Assembly (NCBI GenBank): GCA_041586955.1
Contig: JBFGZE010000001.1
Span: 1-64,000 of the forward strand
Reading direction: 5' to 3'
DNA from: Bacteriovoracaceae bacterium
GTDB lineage: Bacteria; Bdellovibrionota; Bacteriovoracia; Bacteriovoracales; Bacteriovoracaceae
DNA length: 64,000 bases
Part shown: positions 1 to 10,009 of the stretch, piece after piece
Layout of the letters: each line of letters opens with the position of its first letter
How positions within the stretch are numbered: the first letter of the stretch is position 1
Program-made: the position numbers and the translations under genes
Notes under the pieces: generated by a model
Seen by the model: the letters and a program-made list of their open reading frames with translations, nothing else
What the model was told of the DNA's origin: nothing
Databases searched by the model: none

Positions 1-1
1 A

Positions 2-217
2 GTTTTTTTAGGATTTATCAACCCTGTAAAAAAAATTATTAAAGGTGAGCGCAGCCCCTCTTATCTTCTCAATCAATTAGAGTCACTTAACCGTGAATGG
101 AATATCTTCCATATGCGCACGACTAAATCAGTCGACCGCTTCCCTAAAGAGACGGAGGCCATTATTAAATCCATGCATATTCGCTGGAACTTAGTACTTA
201 AGGTTATTGTGCCCTAG
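2..217 (+). CDS. 3' end of a hypothetical protein (runs off window start)
   Basis: Open frame from base 2 (VFLGFINPVKK...NLVLKVIVP) to TAG at 215-217, translated by hand. Confidence 0.6.
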   Translation, partial: VFLGFINPVKKIIKGERSPSYLLNQLESLNREWNIFHMRTTKSVDRFPKETEAIIKSMHIRWNLVLKVIVP

Positions 218-278
218 GCCTTACTCGGGCCACATACCAATCTTGATAATTTTTTTTAGAAAGTGTAGATTCACTTTC

Positions 279-1073
279 ATGATTCAAGAGGGATTAAAAT
301 ATTCACTATTAAGCCTTTTCTTTCTTCTTTTTTCCCTCCATAACATTATGGGCAAGGGCAAAAAGGAAATCATCTCTATTGCTGCCATCGATTGGTGTCC
401 ACAAATCTGCCTGGATCAAAAAAGACCGGGATACTTAATCGAAATCATCCGTACAATTTTCGATAATAGTCCTTATGAAGTTGACTATAGGGTGTATAAT
501 TGGAAATGGAGTCGCGCCATTAAAGAAGTCGCTCGAGGGAAATATGATGCTCTTCTCTCTCCTGCGAAAGAAGAAGCACCCAACCTTTTATATCATAATA
601 TTCCCATAGGATTCCAAACACATTGTATTTGGATTAGTGTTGATAGCACTTGGGAATACAAAGATTCTAATTCTCTCTTAGATAAGAAAATTATTATTTA
701 TAAGGATCATTCTTATGGAGAATTTCTCAAGGAATATTTTGCAAAAAATAAAAATTGGAAAAGCTTAGAATTTCCTTACGATTCATTGTTTATAGAAAGA
801 GCAAAAAAACTCATTTCTCTCAAACGCGCTGACGCCTTTCTTTTTACTTATAATTCAGTAAAAGAATCAATTGCAAAAAAAGCGCCTTTAATTAAAGAAA
901 ATGGTTGTTTTAAAAAAGATCCATTATGGCTTGCCCTCTCTCCTCTTATAGACAAGAAAAAAGTTATCAAATTAAAGGCCATTATTGATCAACGCATGGA
1001 GTTTATAAATCATTCAGGCGATTATGATCGTATTCTTAGGAAATACAATATTCACCATCCTCAAATTAAATAA
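279..1073 (+). CDS. Orphan periplasmic substrate-binding protein (amino-acid/family 3-like)
   Basis: Signal-like N-terminus from ATG 279; DWCPQIC, WSRAIKEVARGKYD and ending GDYDRILRKY are typical of this family; no permease adjacent. Confidence 0.75.
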   Translation: MIQEGLKYSLLSLFFLLFSLHNIMGKGKKEIISIAAIDWCPQICLDQKRPGYLIEIIRTIFDNSPYEVDYRVYNWKWSRAIKEVARGKYDALLSPAKEEAPNLLYHNIPIGFQTHCIWISVDSTWEYKDSNSLLDKKIIIYKDHSYGEFLKEYFAKNKNWKSLEFPYDSLFIERAKKLISLKRADAFLFTYNSVKESIAKKAPLIKENGCFKKDPLWLALSPLIDKKKVIKLKAIIDQRMEFINHSGDYDRILRKYNIHHPQIK

Positions 1074-1117
1074 ACAACGCCTAGCGATCACACCATGAAC
1101 AGATTAGTAGCGAGTAC

Positions 1118-1133
1118 TGGCACGACAATAGCG
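1118..1133 (+). promoter_or_regulatory. Candidate sigma54 (-24/-12) promoter
   Basis: TGGCACGACAATAGCG: exact TGGCAC and GG-N10-GC spacing, but TAGC instead of TTGC; upstream of CBS gene pair. Confidence 0.4.
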
Positions 1134-1227
1134 ATTAATCTCTTTGTATTAATCACCCCAAATCTTGATCTACATCAATAGATTCCCTATTTCTCTATGA
1201 GATAATAATCTGACCAAGGAGGCAAAT

Positions 1228-1656
1228 ATGATTAAACCACTCAAGATTACCAGTTTTAGCAGTCCATTTCTGCTAACCGTTTCCCCTGAAGCATCAATCC
1301 CAGACGTCATGGAAGTCATGAAAGAATCGGATATACGCCATATCCCCGTCGTCAAAGAAGGGAAAAGTATAGGCATCATAAGCGAGAGAGACCTGAAAGT
1401 ATTTGAAGACCGTAGCTTTGCCGATAAGTTTTGCGCTCAAGATATTATGATTGCCGATCCTTTTATCGTAAACGAAAATGATGATTTGCGAATTGTCGTT
1501 AATACCATGATTGAAAAAAAATATGGATCGTGTTTAATTAATAATGAAGAGGGAAAACTAAGCGGTATTTTTACGATGATTGATGCTCTCAAAACTCTTA
1601 AAGTATTATTAAATAATATAGAAGAAAAAAAAATAACGATAACAATTGGACAATAA
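1228..1656 (+). CDS. CBS domain pair protein
   Basis: IRHIPVV...GIISERDL and GKLSGIFTMIDAL CBS motifs; AAGGAGG RBS. Confidence 0.9.
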   Translation: MIKPLKITSFSSPFLLTVSPEASIPDVMEVMKESDIRHIPVVKEGKSIGIISERDLKVFEDRSFADKFCAQDIMIADPFIVNENDDLRIVVNTMIEKKYGSCLINNEEGKLSGIFTMIDALKTLKVLLNNIEEKKITITIGQ

Positions 1657-1676
1657 TACCCGGGAGAGATCAGAAG

Positions 1677-2294
1677 ATGAGTTTTGTTGTATCCGTCAAT
1701 GGCCAGTTTAAACCCTACGATCTGCCCGATCTCTCTCATTACAATAAGGTCCGAAATATCTTTGAATCAACTCATACCAAGAGGATCTCTGAGGGAGAGG
1801 TCAAGCCCCATGATTTCCGACAGGAGCACAAAAGCTCAAAGAGTGGCCATACGAATCGCTCGATTCAACAATATCAAAAAGTAAAGGCCGAAAGTGAGCG
1901 CGCCAAGATTCCCCACTATGCCAGGGATATCATGTCTTCTCCTGTGCACGAGATGACAGAGAATGAAACCTATGAAGACCTTTTAAAAATAAAAAATAAA
2001 TTTAATCACCGCCACTTCCCCATTATCAATGAAGAGGGTTTTTTAGTGGGGATTATTAGTGATCGAGATCTCATACGTATTCAAGGAAATCCCTATTTAA
2101 AAGATATTATGAGTCAAGAAGTGTTGACCACTTTTGAGCGTACCAGAATTCAAGATATTGCCAATATTATGCTTTATGAAAAATTGAGTGCCTTACCAGT
2201 GATCAATAATCAAAATATACTCACAGGCATTGTCACTCAAAGCGACATTTTAAGGTTTGTCACCCAAATCATTTCTATCGATAATTTATGGTGA
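1677..2294 (+). CDS. CBS domain pair protein with N-terminal extension
   Basis: ARDIMS, HRHFPII...GIISDRDL, LSALPVI...GIVTQSDIL. Confidence 0.9.
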   Translation: MSFVVSVNGQFKPYDLPDLSHYNKVRNIFESTHTKRISEGEVKPHDFRQEHKSSKSGHTNRSIQQYQKVKAESERAKIPHYARDIMSSPVHEMTENETYEDLLKIKNKFNHRHFPIINEEGFLVGIISDRDLIRIQGNPYLKDIMSQEVLTTFERTRIQDIANIMLYEKLSALPVINNQNILTGIVTQSDILRFVTQIISIDNLW

Positions 2295-2311
2295 TCAATT
2301 CACCAATAGAC

Positions 2312-2338
2312 AAAAAAAGACCCCACTAAAGTGAGGTC
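2312..2338 (-). terminator. Intrinsic terminator of rpsU
   Basis: Minus-strand GACCTCAC-ttta-GTGGGGTC hairpin followed by T7. Confidence 0.75.
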
Positions 2339-2349
2339 CTCTTTATTTT

Positions 2350-2580
2350 TTAAATTTTAGCTCTGCGTGTCCGACTCTTATTTTTGTTCAGACGCTTAAC
2401 AGCGGCTTCGGTCTTTTCTTTAAGACGGACAGAGGGTTTTCTGTACTCTTGACGCTTGCGATATTCGCGCACAACACCGAACGCCTCACACATTCTTTTA
2501 AATTTCTTCAAAGAACGATCTGGATGCATTCTTTCATCTATAGTTACGTAAATAGCTGATTCTTGCTTCGTCATTTTCAT
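2350..2580 (-). CDS. rpsU: 30S ribosomal protein bS21
   Basis: SLKKFKR...GVVREYRKRQEYRKPS motif; small basic protein; GGGGGTG RBS. Confidence 0.9.
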   Translation of the reverse strand: MKMTKQESAIYVTIDERMHPDRSLKKFKRMCEAFGVVREYRKRQEYRKPSVRLKEKTEAAVKRLNKNKSRTRRAKI

Positions 2581-2697
2581 TCACCCCCTTTTCTTGACAT
2601 TGATATCTCTAAATCTGAGACATTTAAAAAAGATTTTGATATTGATTTGTGAGGATAAGCTTTTACCCGATTAATGTAAAGGGGTGGCAGGATTTTT

Positions 2698-3975
2698 ATG
2701 GAACAGGACCAAGGGAATTTATTTGGCCAAAACGGCAATCATAATGGCCAAAGCGCCACTGCCAAGCGCAATTGGAAGCCCCTCGCTTTCCGCGCCCGAC
2801 CTAAAGACCTCAGCAATTATTGCGGTCAAAAGCAGATCTTCACAAAACATCCCTTCCTCTTCCAGGACAAATTGCCCAGCTTAATCCTCCACGGACCTCC
2901 AGGTACTGGAAAAACCACTCTCGCGAATATTCTCGCCAATAAATCAGGAGGGGAAATCTATTACCTCAACGCTGTTTTACATGGAGTGGCGGATCTTAAG
3001 AAGATTGTCGCCAAGGCCATGGAAATGGAGCAATTTTTTGGTAAAAAGGCGATTCTTTTTATTGATGAGATTCACCGCTTTAATAAGGCCCAGCAAGATG
3101 CGCTTTTACCACACGTAGAAAAAGGTGACTTAATACTTATTGGCGCCACAACGGAAAACCCTAAAGTTTCGGTTAACAAGGCCCTTCTGAGCCGTGTTCG
3201 TCTCGTAGAGCTCACTCATTTGACAGCAGAAGAGCTTTTTGATGTTCTCGCCAAAACCTGTGAACGTTTTGATATCAAGGCCACCTCGGATCACCTCAAC
3301 TACATCGCCCAAATGGGCCATGGTGATGCTCGCTGGGCACTCAATCAGCTCGAACTCCTTGAAGAACAGGAACTTGGCCTTGAGGAATTCAAGCTTTTAG
3401 TCAGCGAGACCCAACGAGAATACGATAAGAATTCAGATCGTCATTATGATGTTATTTCCGCTTTTATTAAATCTATGCGTGGCAGTGACCCTGATGCCGC
3501 TCTTCTATGGCTCGCTATTATGATTGATGGTGGCGAAGATCCTATCTTTATTGCACGTCGCTTAATCGTTTTTGCCTCTGAAGATGTGGGAAATTCTGAT
3601 CCACAAGCACTTTCACTGGCCGTTGCTGGATTATCCGCCGTGCAAAATATTGGGTTACCTGAGGCGCGTATCAACCTCGCCCACGTCACCACCTATCTGG
3701 CCTCCACCACGAAAAGCAATGCCAGCTACGAGGGAATTAATGCAGCGATGGCCTATATCCAGAAATACCCCACGCTTGAAGTCCCTACCCATTTACGCAA
3801 TCAACATGCCGACAAGCGCCATTATCAATATCCACATGCCCATACTCAGCATTTTGTGCAGCAAGAATATGCGCCCAAGGGTACACCACAGTTTTACCAC
3901 CCCTCGACTCAAGGGGTGGAAAAACGTATTTTAGAAAGATTAAAAGGTCTTTGGCAGAATTTTAAAAGTTTTTAA
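2698..3975 (+). CDS. rarA: Replication-associated recombination protein A (RarA/MgsA AAA+ ATPase)
   Basis: [64 protein letters not shown]. Confidence 0.97.
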   Translation: MEQDQGNLFGQNGNHNGQSATAKRNWKPLAFRARPKDLSNYCGQKQIFTKHPFLFQDKLPSLILHGPPGTGKTTLANILANKSGGEIYYLNAVLHGVADLKKIVAKAMEMEQFFGKKAILFIDEIHRFNKAQQDALLPHVEKGDLILIGATTENPKVSVNKALLSRVRLVELTHLTAEELFDVLAKTCERFDIKATSDHLNYIAQMGHGDARWALNQLELLEEQELGLEEFKLLVSETQREYDKNSDRHYDVISAFIKSMRGSDPDAALLWLAIMIDGGEDPIFIARRLIVFASEDVGNSDPQALSLAVAGLSAVQNIGLPEARINLAHVTTYLASTTKSNASYEGINAAMAYIQKYPTLEVPTHLRNQHADKRHYQYPHAHTQHFVQQEYAPKGTPQFYHPSTQGVEKRILERLKGLWQNFKSF

Positions 3976-4795
3976 TTTTGTCAACGAGATGAGGCATATC
4001 CACAAATGGATTGCGGTTGCGCTGGTATTCAAAAATAATATTCACACGTCTTTTCTCTGCATCATCAACAGGGTCTTCCCTATGCCATTTACGTAAAAAT
4101 GTTTCTTCACTTGACGAAATATTTAATTGATAGCGAACAGAGAAATAAAAAAGAGCGCGGGCGACATTCCCCTTATGCTCATCTGGCGGCTCGAAATTCA
4201 AAACACGACCGCGGCCCTGACCAATGCGGCTGGTACGACAATTATTGGCGACAACATCACCCTTAACTTCACCAAAGTAAAAACTAGATCGAGTTGAATT
4301 GGCCTTGGTATCTGTAGGGTATAAGTGGTGGAGATCCGTTAATTGACTCTTCTTTTCATTAATACTGTGATTAAAACGGCTTTTTGGCCATGTGTGCTCA
4401 CAATTAATTTTGGAAGCTGTAGGTACCTTCATTGGACCGATATTGATTTGCGTATCACGGTAAACATTTTGACAATAGACATCTTCGATCCAATAACCAC
4501 GCTTATCTTTCTTCAGATGAATTTTCCCAAATAAAACTTCACGGGCACGGCGGTAGCCGAAAGATTGCTGTCTATAGCAGCTACTATCCTTACCTGAGCA
4601 GGTTTTAGTTAAAACATCATGACCCTCTTTCGTCTTCCGATGGGCCATTTTAACAACCTTATGGATCTCTGCAATCAGCTCCTTATCTTTAAGCTGGCCG
4701 CTCTCAACCCCGTCTAAAAATGCTTTGGGATAATAATCCGATTGTGCAAAGGTGAGACTTGTTGTTAAAAACAACAAATAAAATACTTTTAACAA
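3962..4795 (-). CDS. Secreted endonuclease I family nuclease (His-Me finger)
   Basis: Signal peptide; NCEHTWPKS, DLHHLYPT, NSTRS, KGNVARALFYF, QRNRNPFVD; TTG start. Confidence 0.92.
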   Translation of the reverse strand: MLKVFYLLFLTTSLTFAQSDYYPKAFLDGVESGQLKDKELIAEIHKVVKMAHRKTKEGHDVLTKTCSGKDSSCYRQQSFGYRRAREVLFGKIHLKKDKRGYWIEDVYCQNVYRDTQINIGPMKVPTASKINCEHTWPKSRFNHSINEKKSQLTDLHHLYPTDTKANSTRSSFYFGEVKGDVVANNCRTSRIGQGRGRVLNFEPPDEHKGNVARALFYFSVRYQLNISSSEETFLRKWHREDPVDDAEKRRVNIIFEYQRNRNPFVDMPHLVDKIKNF

Positions 4796-4835
4796 AACCT
4801 ACATCCTTGGTTAGTGTGAATTTCCTCTTGGCGAA

Positions 4836-4863
4836 ATCATACTAAAGTAGTCACAAAGTGCAA
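4836..4863 (-). promoter_or_regulatory. Sigma70-type promoter of the 3962-4795 endonuclease
   Basis: Minus-strand TTGCAC-N16-TATGAT. Confidence 0.5.
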
Positions 4864-4918
4864 AAAACTTAATTGTTAGAAAATTATGAGTTAAATTTTT
4901 CGCATATCGAAATACTTT

Positions 4919-5758
4919 TTAAAAATCACTGATTCTTTCTGCTAACTCCGGATAATCGATGAATGGGTTGCGGTTTCCTTGGACATTAAAAATGCCCTCA
5001 TGCCGCTCGCGCTCTAAAGAATCCACTGGATCTTCGCGATGCCATTCTTTTAAGAATTTTTCCTGAACAGGATCAAGCTTCATATTGTAGCGAATTGAAA
5101 AGTAGAAAATGGATCGGGCCACGTTGCCTTTATGCACTTGTGGTGGCTCGAAATAAAACTGGCCATCATCGCCTCTACCAAATCGCGAAGATGAACAATT
5201 GCCCTTAAGAGCATTACCACCGACTTCAGCAAACTTATAATTACCACGCTTGCTATTGGCCTTAGAATCTGTTGGATAAAGGTGATGGAGATCTGATTTT
5301 TGAGCTGATGCGGAAAAGCTGCGGTTAAATCGACTTTGCGGCCAAGTATGCTCACAATTAAGAACATTATTATTAGGGATAACTCTAGGGCCTAATTTGG
5401 TTTGAGTTCGTGTAAATTCCTTTTGGCAATAAACGTCTTTAATGAAATAGCCGCGAGAATCTTCGTCGAGATGAAGCTTGCCAAATAAAACCTTACGGGC
5501 ACCTTTATAACCAAGTACTCGCTGAGTATAACATCGGCCGCCAAGCTGGCCACCGCAATGATCAACTAAAACATCATCTTTACCTTTCTTATAGACATGC
5601 TTTTTGACGAGAACGGTAAAAAGAGTTTTTCTCAGCTCTTCACCGGAGTATTCTGGGTTATTTAACAAAACTTTAATGTCGGTTGGGTAATAGCTATGTC
5701 TCGCTTGAACAGAAAAAATACTGAAAACTAAAATACTAAATGCGACTAAGTTTTTCAA
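4919..5758 (-). CDS. Secreted endonuclease I family nuclease, tandem paralog
   Basis: Signal peptide; NCEHTWPQS, DLHHLYPT, NSKRGN, KGNVARSIFYF, QGNRNPFID; TTG start. Confidence 0.92.
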   Translation of the reverse strand: MKNLVAFSILVFSIFSVQARHSYYPTDIKVLLNNPEYSGEELRKTLFTVLVKKHVYKKGKDDVLVDHCGGQLGGRCYTQRVLGYKGARKVLFGKLHLDEDSRGYFIKDVYCQKEFTRTQTKLGPRVIPNNNVLNCEHTWPQSRFNRSFSASAQKSDLHHLYPTDSKANSKRGNYKFAEVGGNALKGNCSSSRFGRGDDGQFYFEPPQVHKGNVARSIFYFSIRYNMKLDPVQEKFLKEWHREDPVDSLERERHEGIFNVQGNRNPFIDYPELAERISDF

Positions 5759-5946
5759 AAGACCCCATCCTGGTTAGGTTTCGGAAGAATCATACACGAA
5801 ATAACAAATTCTGCTAATACTTTTTTTAAGTTTTTCTTAATAAAAATAATCAATCTTTTTTTTTGGCTCTGGCCTCAGCTTCTGCTATAACAGCCTTGTT
5901 TTGTACGACACCCCTCTAATAAAGAGGAATTCAATGGGGAATTCTT

Positions 5947-6351
5947 ATGAAGAAACTATTATTTAGTGCATTTTTGCTTTCACTTCTTGCGCAAGGCAGC
6001 ATGGGTGCTGACGAAGGTCGATGCTTAGAAATACTCACTCAAAACCACCACGAAGATAGCCGCAGCTTTTCACTAAGCACCGATAATATTATAGAGCGAC
6101 GTGATTTTCGCAATGATCATCTCGCCCAAAGCATTTTAACGATTCGCATGGTTCTCGAAGAGGCAGGTTGCCATAAAAAGGATATTAATTTTTCAAAAGG
6201 GCCATGGGGTCGCTCAACCTCAATTTGCAAGGTCCTCATTCCAGGGAAAGCTTATTCAGAAGTCTGTTACGTAGAATCGTCACTAGGATATTTTCTAGTC
6301 ACTAATGATTTTCAAAACAAAACTCATATTATTTTTAACCGCTGGGACTAA
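5947..6351 (+). CDS. Hypothetical secreted protein with four Cys
   Basis: MKK + hydrophobic signal peptide; RBS upstream. Confidence 0.7.
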   Translation: MKKLLFSAFLLSLLAQGSMGADEGRCLEILTQNHHEDSRSFSLSTDNIIERRDFRNDHLAQSILTIRMVLEEAGCHKKDINFSKGPWGRSTSICKVLIPGKAYSEVCYVESSLGYFLVTNDFQNKTHIIFNRWD

Positions 6352-6383
6352 AAATACTTCCTATTATGTAAACGACTACCAAT

Positions 6384-6415
6384 AAAAAAAAAGGCCGCAA
6401 TAAGCGGCCATTTTT
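6384..6415. terminator. Bidirectional intrinsic terminator
   Basis: A9-GGCCGC-aataa-GCGGCC-A-T5 between convergent genes. Confidence 0.8.
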
Positions 6416-9400
6416 ATTTGTAATTATATCGATAGGTCACCTGAATCTTCGCTAAAGGCTGCGGACTATTCGTAAAAACAATTGCATTGCCAATAAAGTC
6501 CCAATTTTTGGCGCCATTTGCATCTAATTTTGGTAATTCAACGCCATCAACAAAAACTTTAATTGAATCGGCAAAAATACTGATGTCGGTTCTAAGCTTA
6601 AAATTTTTAATCAGACTTGATACTGTATTTGAAATTGTATCAAGTACCGTATTAAAAGGTGAATAGATATCAAAGAGCGCACCACTTGATAGACTCGCTA
6701 TATCCGCATATCTATTATCTGAATCGGCCGACAATCTAATAATAGGATAAATTCTGACTTTATCGGCCTTATCTTTTAGACTCTGAAAACGAGTAACCCA
6801 TTCACTGGCCGTCTTATCAAATGATTGCTCTTTTTCATCCGATAAGATGATATAGACAAGAAGATGGTCATTCCCTTTAAACCAAGAGACATTATCGGTG
6901 TAGTTCTTATCCATTGAGGATAGTGATTTTTCACTTCCACTACCATTAATCCCTACTTTAACCGCCGCTTTAAAATCGGTCTTAAATTTTGCAAGGTCTT
7001 TTGTTGCTGCATCACTCGATAAATCATATTGATTACCTTGCGCATCTTTCACAAATTGACCATTATATCGACTAGAGGAATAGGCATCACTAGTTGTAAC
7101 TCCCATATTGAAATCAAACTTAATTTCCCCACCTGATAAAAAGTTATTAATAAAAGCATCAAAATTGGCACTTAAGGCCTCTTGCTCATTTGACATAGAT
7201 CCTGAGTTATCGATGACCCAGACAATATCCACTCCTTTAATAATTTGTTCATTTTGAATAAAGTTTTCCTCTGCTCTAAAATCACCTTCGGACACGATCA
7301 ATTTAACGGATGCCACCTTAGCACTGGTAATTCCATCACTGTCAGTCACTTTATAGGTAAAGGAATCTTCACCGCTAAAAGATTTATTTGGCGTATAGAG
7401 ACATCCTCGATCTCCTGCCCCTTGCTTGAAACAATCAACGGTACCATTGGCCGGCATATCAACAAGAGAATAAGTTAAGAACATGGCCGCGGTATCTGGA
7501 TCGGACGCCATATTCACTTTAAAAGTAATATTAGTCGCTTGTAATAATGATTCTGCTTGATTAGCACCGACCACTGGCGGGTATTTAAACTGAAGGACAT
7601 TAATGACAACCACTGCTTCATTAACACTTTTAAGGCCTTTCTCATCGACGACGCGGTAGCGTAACTCTTGCTTGCCTACAAATTTTAAATCCGCATCATA
7701 CTTACAGCTACGATCTCCTGCACCTTTCGTAAAACAAGCTAAACTACCACTAGAGGGTGCAGACACAAGTTCATAAACTAATTGATTTGCAGGTGTCTCT
7801 TGATCTGACCCTAAACTCACCTCAAAGGAAACACTTTGACCTTTATTAACATTAAATTCTTGATTCAACCCGAGCGTAGGGGGATCATTAACTTCATTAA
7901 CAAGAATTCCCACTTTAGCACTTTTCACACTTTTAAGACCTTGGTTATCGGTCACTGAATAAGTAAAAGAATCGATACCAAAATAATTCTTATTAGGAGT
8001 GTAGGTACATTTGCGGTCAGCGATGACGCTAAAACATTTAAGTACACCTTTGGTCGGTGCTGTCTCGACTTTATAGACTAATTGGTCAAGAGGAGAATCG
8101 ATATCGCTCGCTGCCGATACTTCAAAACTAAGTACTTTATTTTCATTAATTGTGAAGCTTTGATCGGCACCAACCAAGGGAGCATCATTAACGGAATCAA
8201 TCGTTATCGAAACAGTAGCGCTAGTGGCACTCATTATTCCATTATGATCCTTGATTTTATAGGTGAACGAGTCGGAACCAAAGAAATTCTTAGTCGGAGT
8301 ATACTGACAAGAACGACTACCAGTAGTGGCAAAACATTTAAGAGATCCATTCTTAGGGGATGTTGCCACGACATATACTAATTGAGAAGCACTAGACTCA
8401 CGATCACTTCCTTGATTAACGTCAAAACTTAAAATTTGATCTTCTTTGCCTCTCTCACTTTGATTAACTCCAACATTTGGTGCACGATTGACTAAAGAAA
8501 TTTGAAGAGAAACTTTGGCAACCCCTGAACTTTCTAACCCTTCAGCATCAATCACCTTATAAGTAAACGAATCAGTTCCTGAAAAATCCTTATTAGGAGT
8601 ATATGAACATTTGCGATCGCCAACAGCTGCGAAACATTTAATCACGCCACTTTTAGGAGCTTCTATTATTTTATACTGAAGCTTTAAAATGGATTCATCA
8701 TCAGAAGCTGCATTGACTTCAAAGTTAAGAACTTTATTTTCAAGCCCTTTTTCCACTTCGTCAGCAGCAACCTTTGGAGCTTGATTCACATTAAAGATAT
8801 CAAAGCTAACTGTCGCTATATTGGCACTCGAAATATTATCTTTATTTTTTACTTTATAGGTAAAGGAGTCTTTACCGACAAAGTCTTTATTTGGAGTATA
8901 GGAGCAAGAACGATCCCCGGCGATGCCTGAGCATTTCACAATCCCCTTGCTCGAAGGGGTTACAACAACGTATTGCAATTGGGCCGGTGTACTTACCGGG
9001 TCACTTGCTTGACTAACTAAAAATTTGAGTTCTGTATTTTCAGGGCCTTTAAAACTTTGATCCAGGCCAATTTTGGGGGGAGGATTTTTAGAAACAGTAA
9101 TATTAACACGAGCGTGGGATAAACTCTCCAGTCCCCCATCGTCTTTTACTTTATAGGTAAAGGTATCCTGACCGAAGAAATCTTTTTTCGGAGTATAAAG
9201 ACATTGGCGAGGAGCAGTGCTGTTAAAACATTTTAGAGTTCCGTTCGCGGTTTGATCAACAAGGTGATATGTCAATTTAGAGACGGGAGAATCCTTGTCC
9301 TGGCCTATATTCACTTCTAATTGAAGAACTGTATTCTGCTGAAGACCTTCGTTTTGATCAGCCCCTACCTCTGGTCGATCATTAACATTATTTACCTGAA

Positions 9401-9755
9401 AATTAACTGTTGCAATGGCTGACTTGAGCGCTCCATCCTCAACTTGTAATGAGATCGCATCGCTGCCAACAAAATCTTTATTGGGACGGTAAACACACTT
9501 GACACGAAGATCACTCACCTGACAACCTTCTAATTTTCCATTAGCTGGCCCCTCAACGATTTTAATAATGGGGTTAACGGCTTCCTCGCCCATAGGGGCT
9601 GCATATTCAAATTCAACCGGTACCTCTTCATCCGTTACATAGAGCTGGTCTCCAGCATTCTCCACTTTTGCCAATTTATTAAAGGACATTTTCCTAACTT
9701 CCGGCCGGCACGAAACGAAGGCGAGAGCGATAAGAACCAAATACCAAGATTTCAT
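6414..9755 (-). CDS. Large surface lipoprotein/adhesin: 8 tandem Ig/cadherin-like repeats plus C-terminal vWA domain
   Basis: Lipobox LAFVSC (Cys16); ~100-aa repeats VND.P...G.LxC...RxCxYTP.K.F.G.DSFTY.V; VDIVWVIDNSGS MIDAS motif. Confidence 0.88.
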   Translation of the reverse strand: MKSWYLVLIALAFVSCRPEVRKMSFNKLAKVENAGDQLYVTDEEVPVEFEYAAPMGEEAVNPIIKIVEGPANGKLEGCQVSDLRVKCVYRPNKDFVGSDAISLQVEDGALKSAIATVNFQVNNVNDRPEVGADQNEGLQQNTVLQLEVNIGQDKDSPVSKLTYHLVDQTANGTLKCFNSTAPRQCLYTPKKDFFGQDTFTYKVKDDGGLESLSHARVNITVSKNPPPKIGLDQSFKGPENTELKFLVSQASDPVSTPAQLQYVVVTPSSKGIVKCSGIAGDRSCSYTPNKDFVGKDSFTYKVKNKDNISSANIATVSFDIFNVNQAPKVAADEVEKGLENKVLNFEVNAASDDESILKLQYKIIEAPKSGVIKCFAAVGDRKCSYTPNKDFSGTDSFTYKVIDAEGLESSGVAKVSLQISLVNRAPNVGVNQSERGKEDQILSFDVNQGSDRESSASQLVYVVATSPKNGSLKCFATTGSRSCQYTPTKNFFGSDSFTYKIKDHNGIMSATSATVSITIDSVNDAPLVGADQSFTINENKVLSFEVSAASDIDSPLDQLVYKVETAPTKGVLKCFSVIADRKCTYTPNKNYFGIDSFTYSVTDNQGLKSVKSAKVGILVNEVNDPPTLGLNQEFNVNKGQSVSFEVSLGSDQETPANQLVYELVSAPSSGSLACFTKGAGDRSCKYDADLKFVGKQELRYRVVDEKGLKSVNEAVVVINVLQFKYPPVVGANQAESLLQATNITFKVNMASDPDTAAMFLTYSLVDMPANGTVDCFKQGAGDRGCLYTPNKSFSGEDSFTYKVTDSDGITSAKVASVKLIVSEGDFRAEENFIQNEQIIKGVDIVWVIDNSGSMSNEQEALSANFDAFINNFLSGGEIKFDFNMGVTTSDAYSSSRYNGQFVKDAQGNQYDLSSDAATKDLAKFKTDFKAAVKVGINGSGSEKSLSSMDKNYTDNVSWFKGNDHLLVYIILSDEKEQSFDKTASEWVTRFQSLKDKADKVRIYPIIRLSADSDNRYADIASLSSGALFDIYSPFNTVLDTISNTVSSLIKNFKLRTDISIFADSIKVFVDGVELPKLDANGAKNWDFIGNAIVFTNSPQPLAKIQVTYRYNYK

Positions 9756-9955
9756 TTTTTATCCTTCTTTATATAACCAAAACTATCCACTTCTATTTTA
9801 GTGAAAAAGAAGACTTGACGCATCAATCTTCTCTAAAAGAGGGACAAAAGCTTTTATTTACATATAGTTAAGGTCATTCCAAGGAGTATCAAAGGCAAAT
9901 GATGCCCGCCCATTAATCAAGGCAAAAAAGTTGAAAAGTGATCGCCATAAAAAGG

Positions 9956-9983
9956 AAAAGGGAGGTCAAAAGACCCCCCTTTT
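9956..9983 (-). terminator. Intrinsic terminator after E3-E2 operon
   Basis: AAAAGGGAGGTC-aaaa-GACCCCCCTTTT near-perfect inverted repeat. Confidence 0.75.
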
Positions 9984-10009
9984 ACAAAAAAACCAATAAT
10001 TTCAAACAG

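Noticed and set aside
5870..5887. Sigma54 promoter TGGCCTCAGCTTCTGCT (and a similar minus-strand site at about 48474-48490)
   Set aside because: GG-to-GC spacing is 11 nt rather than the required 10
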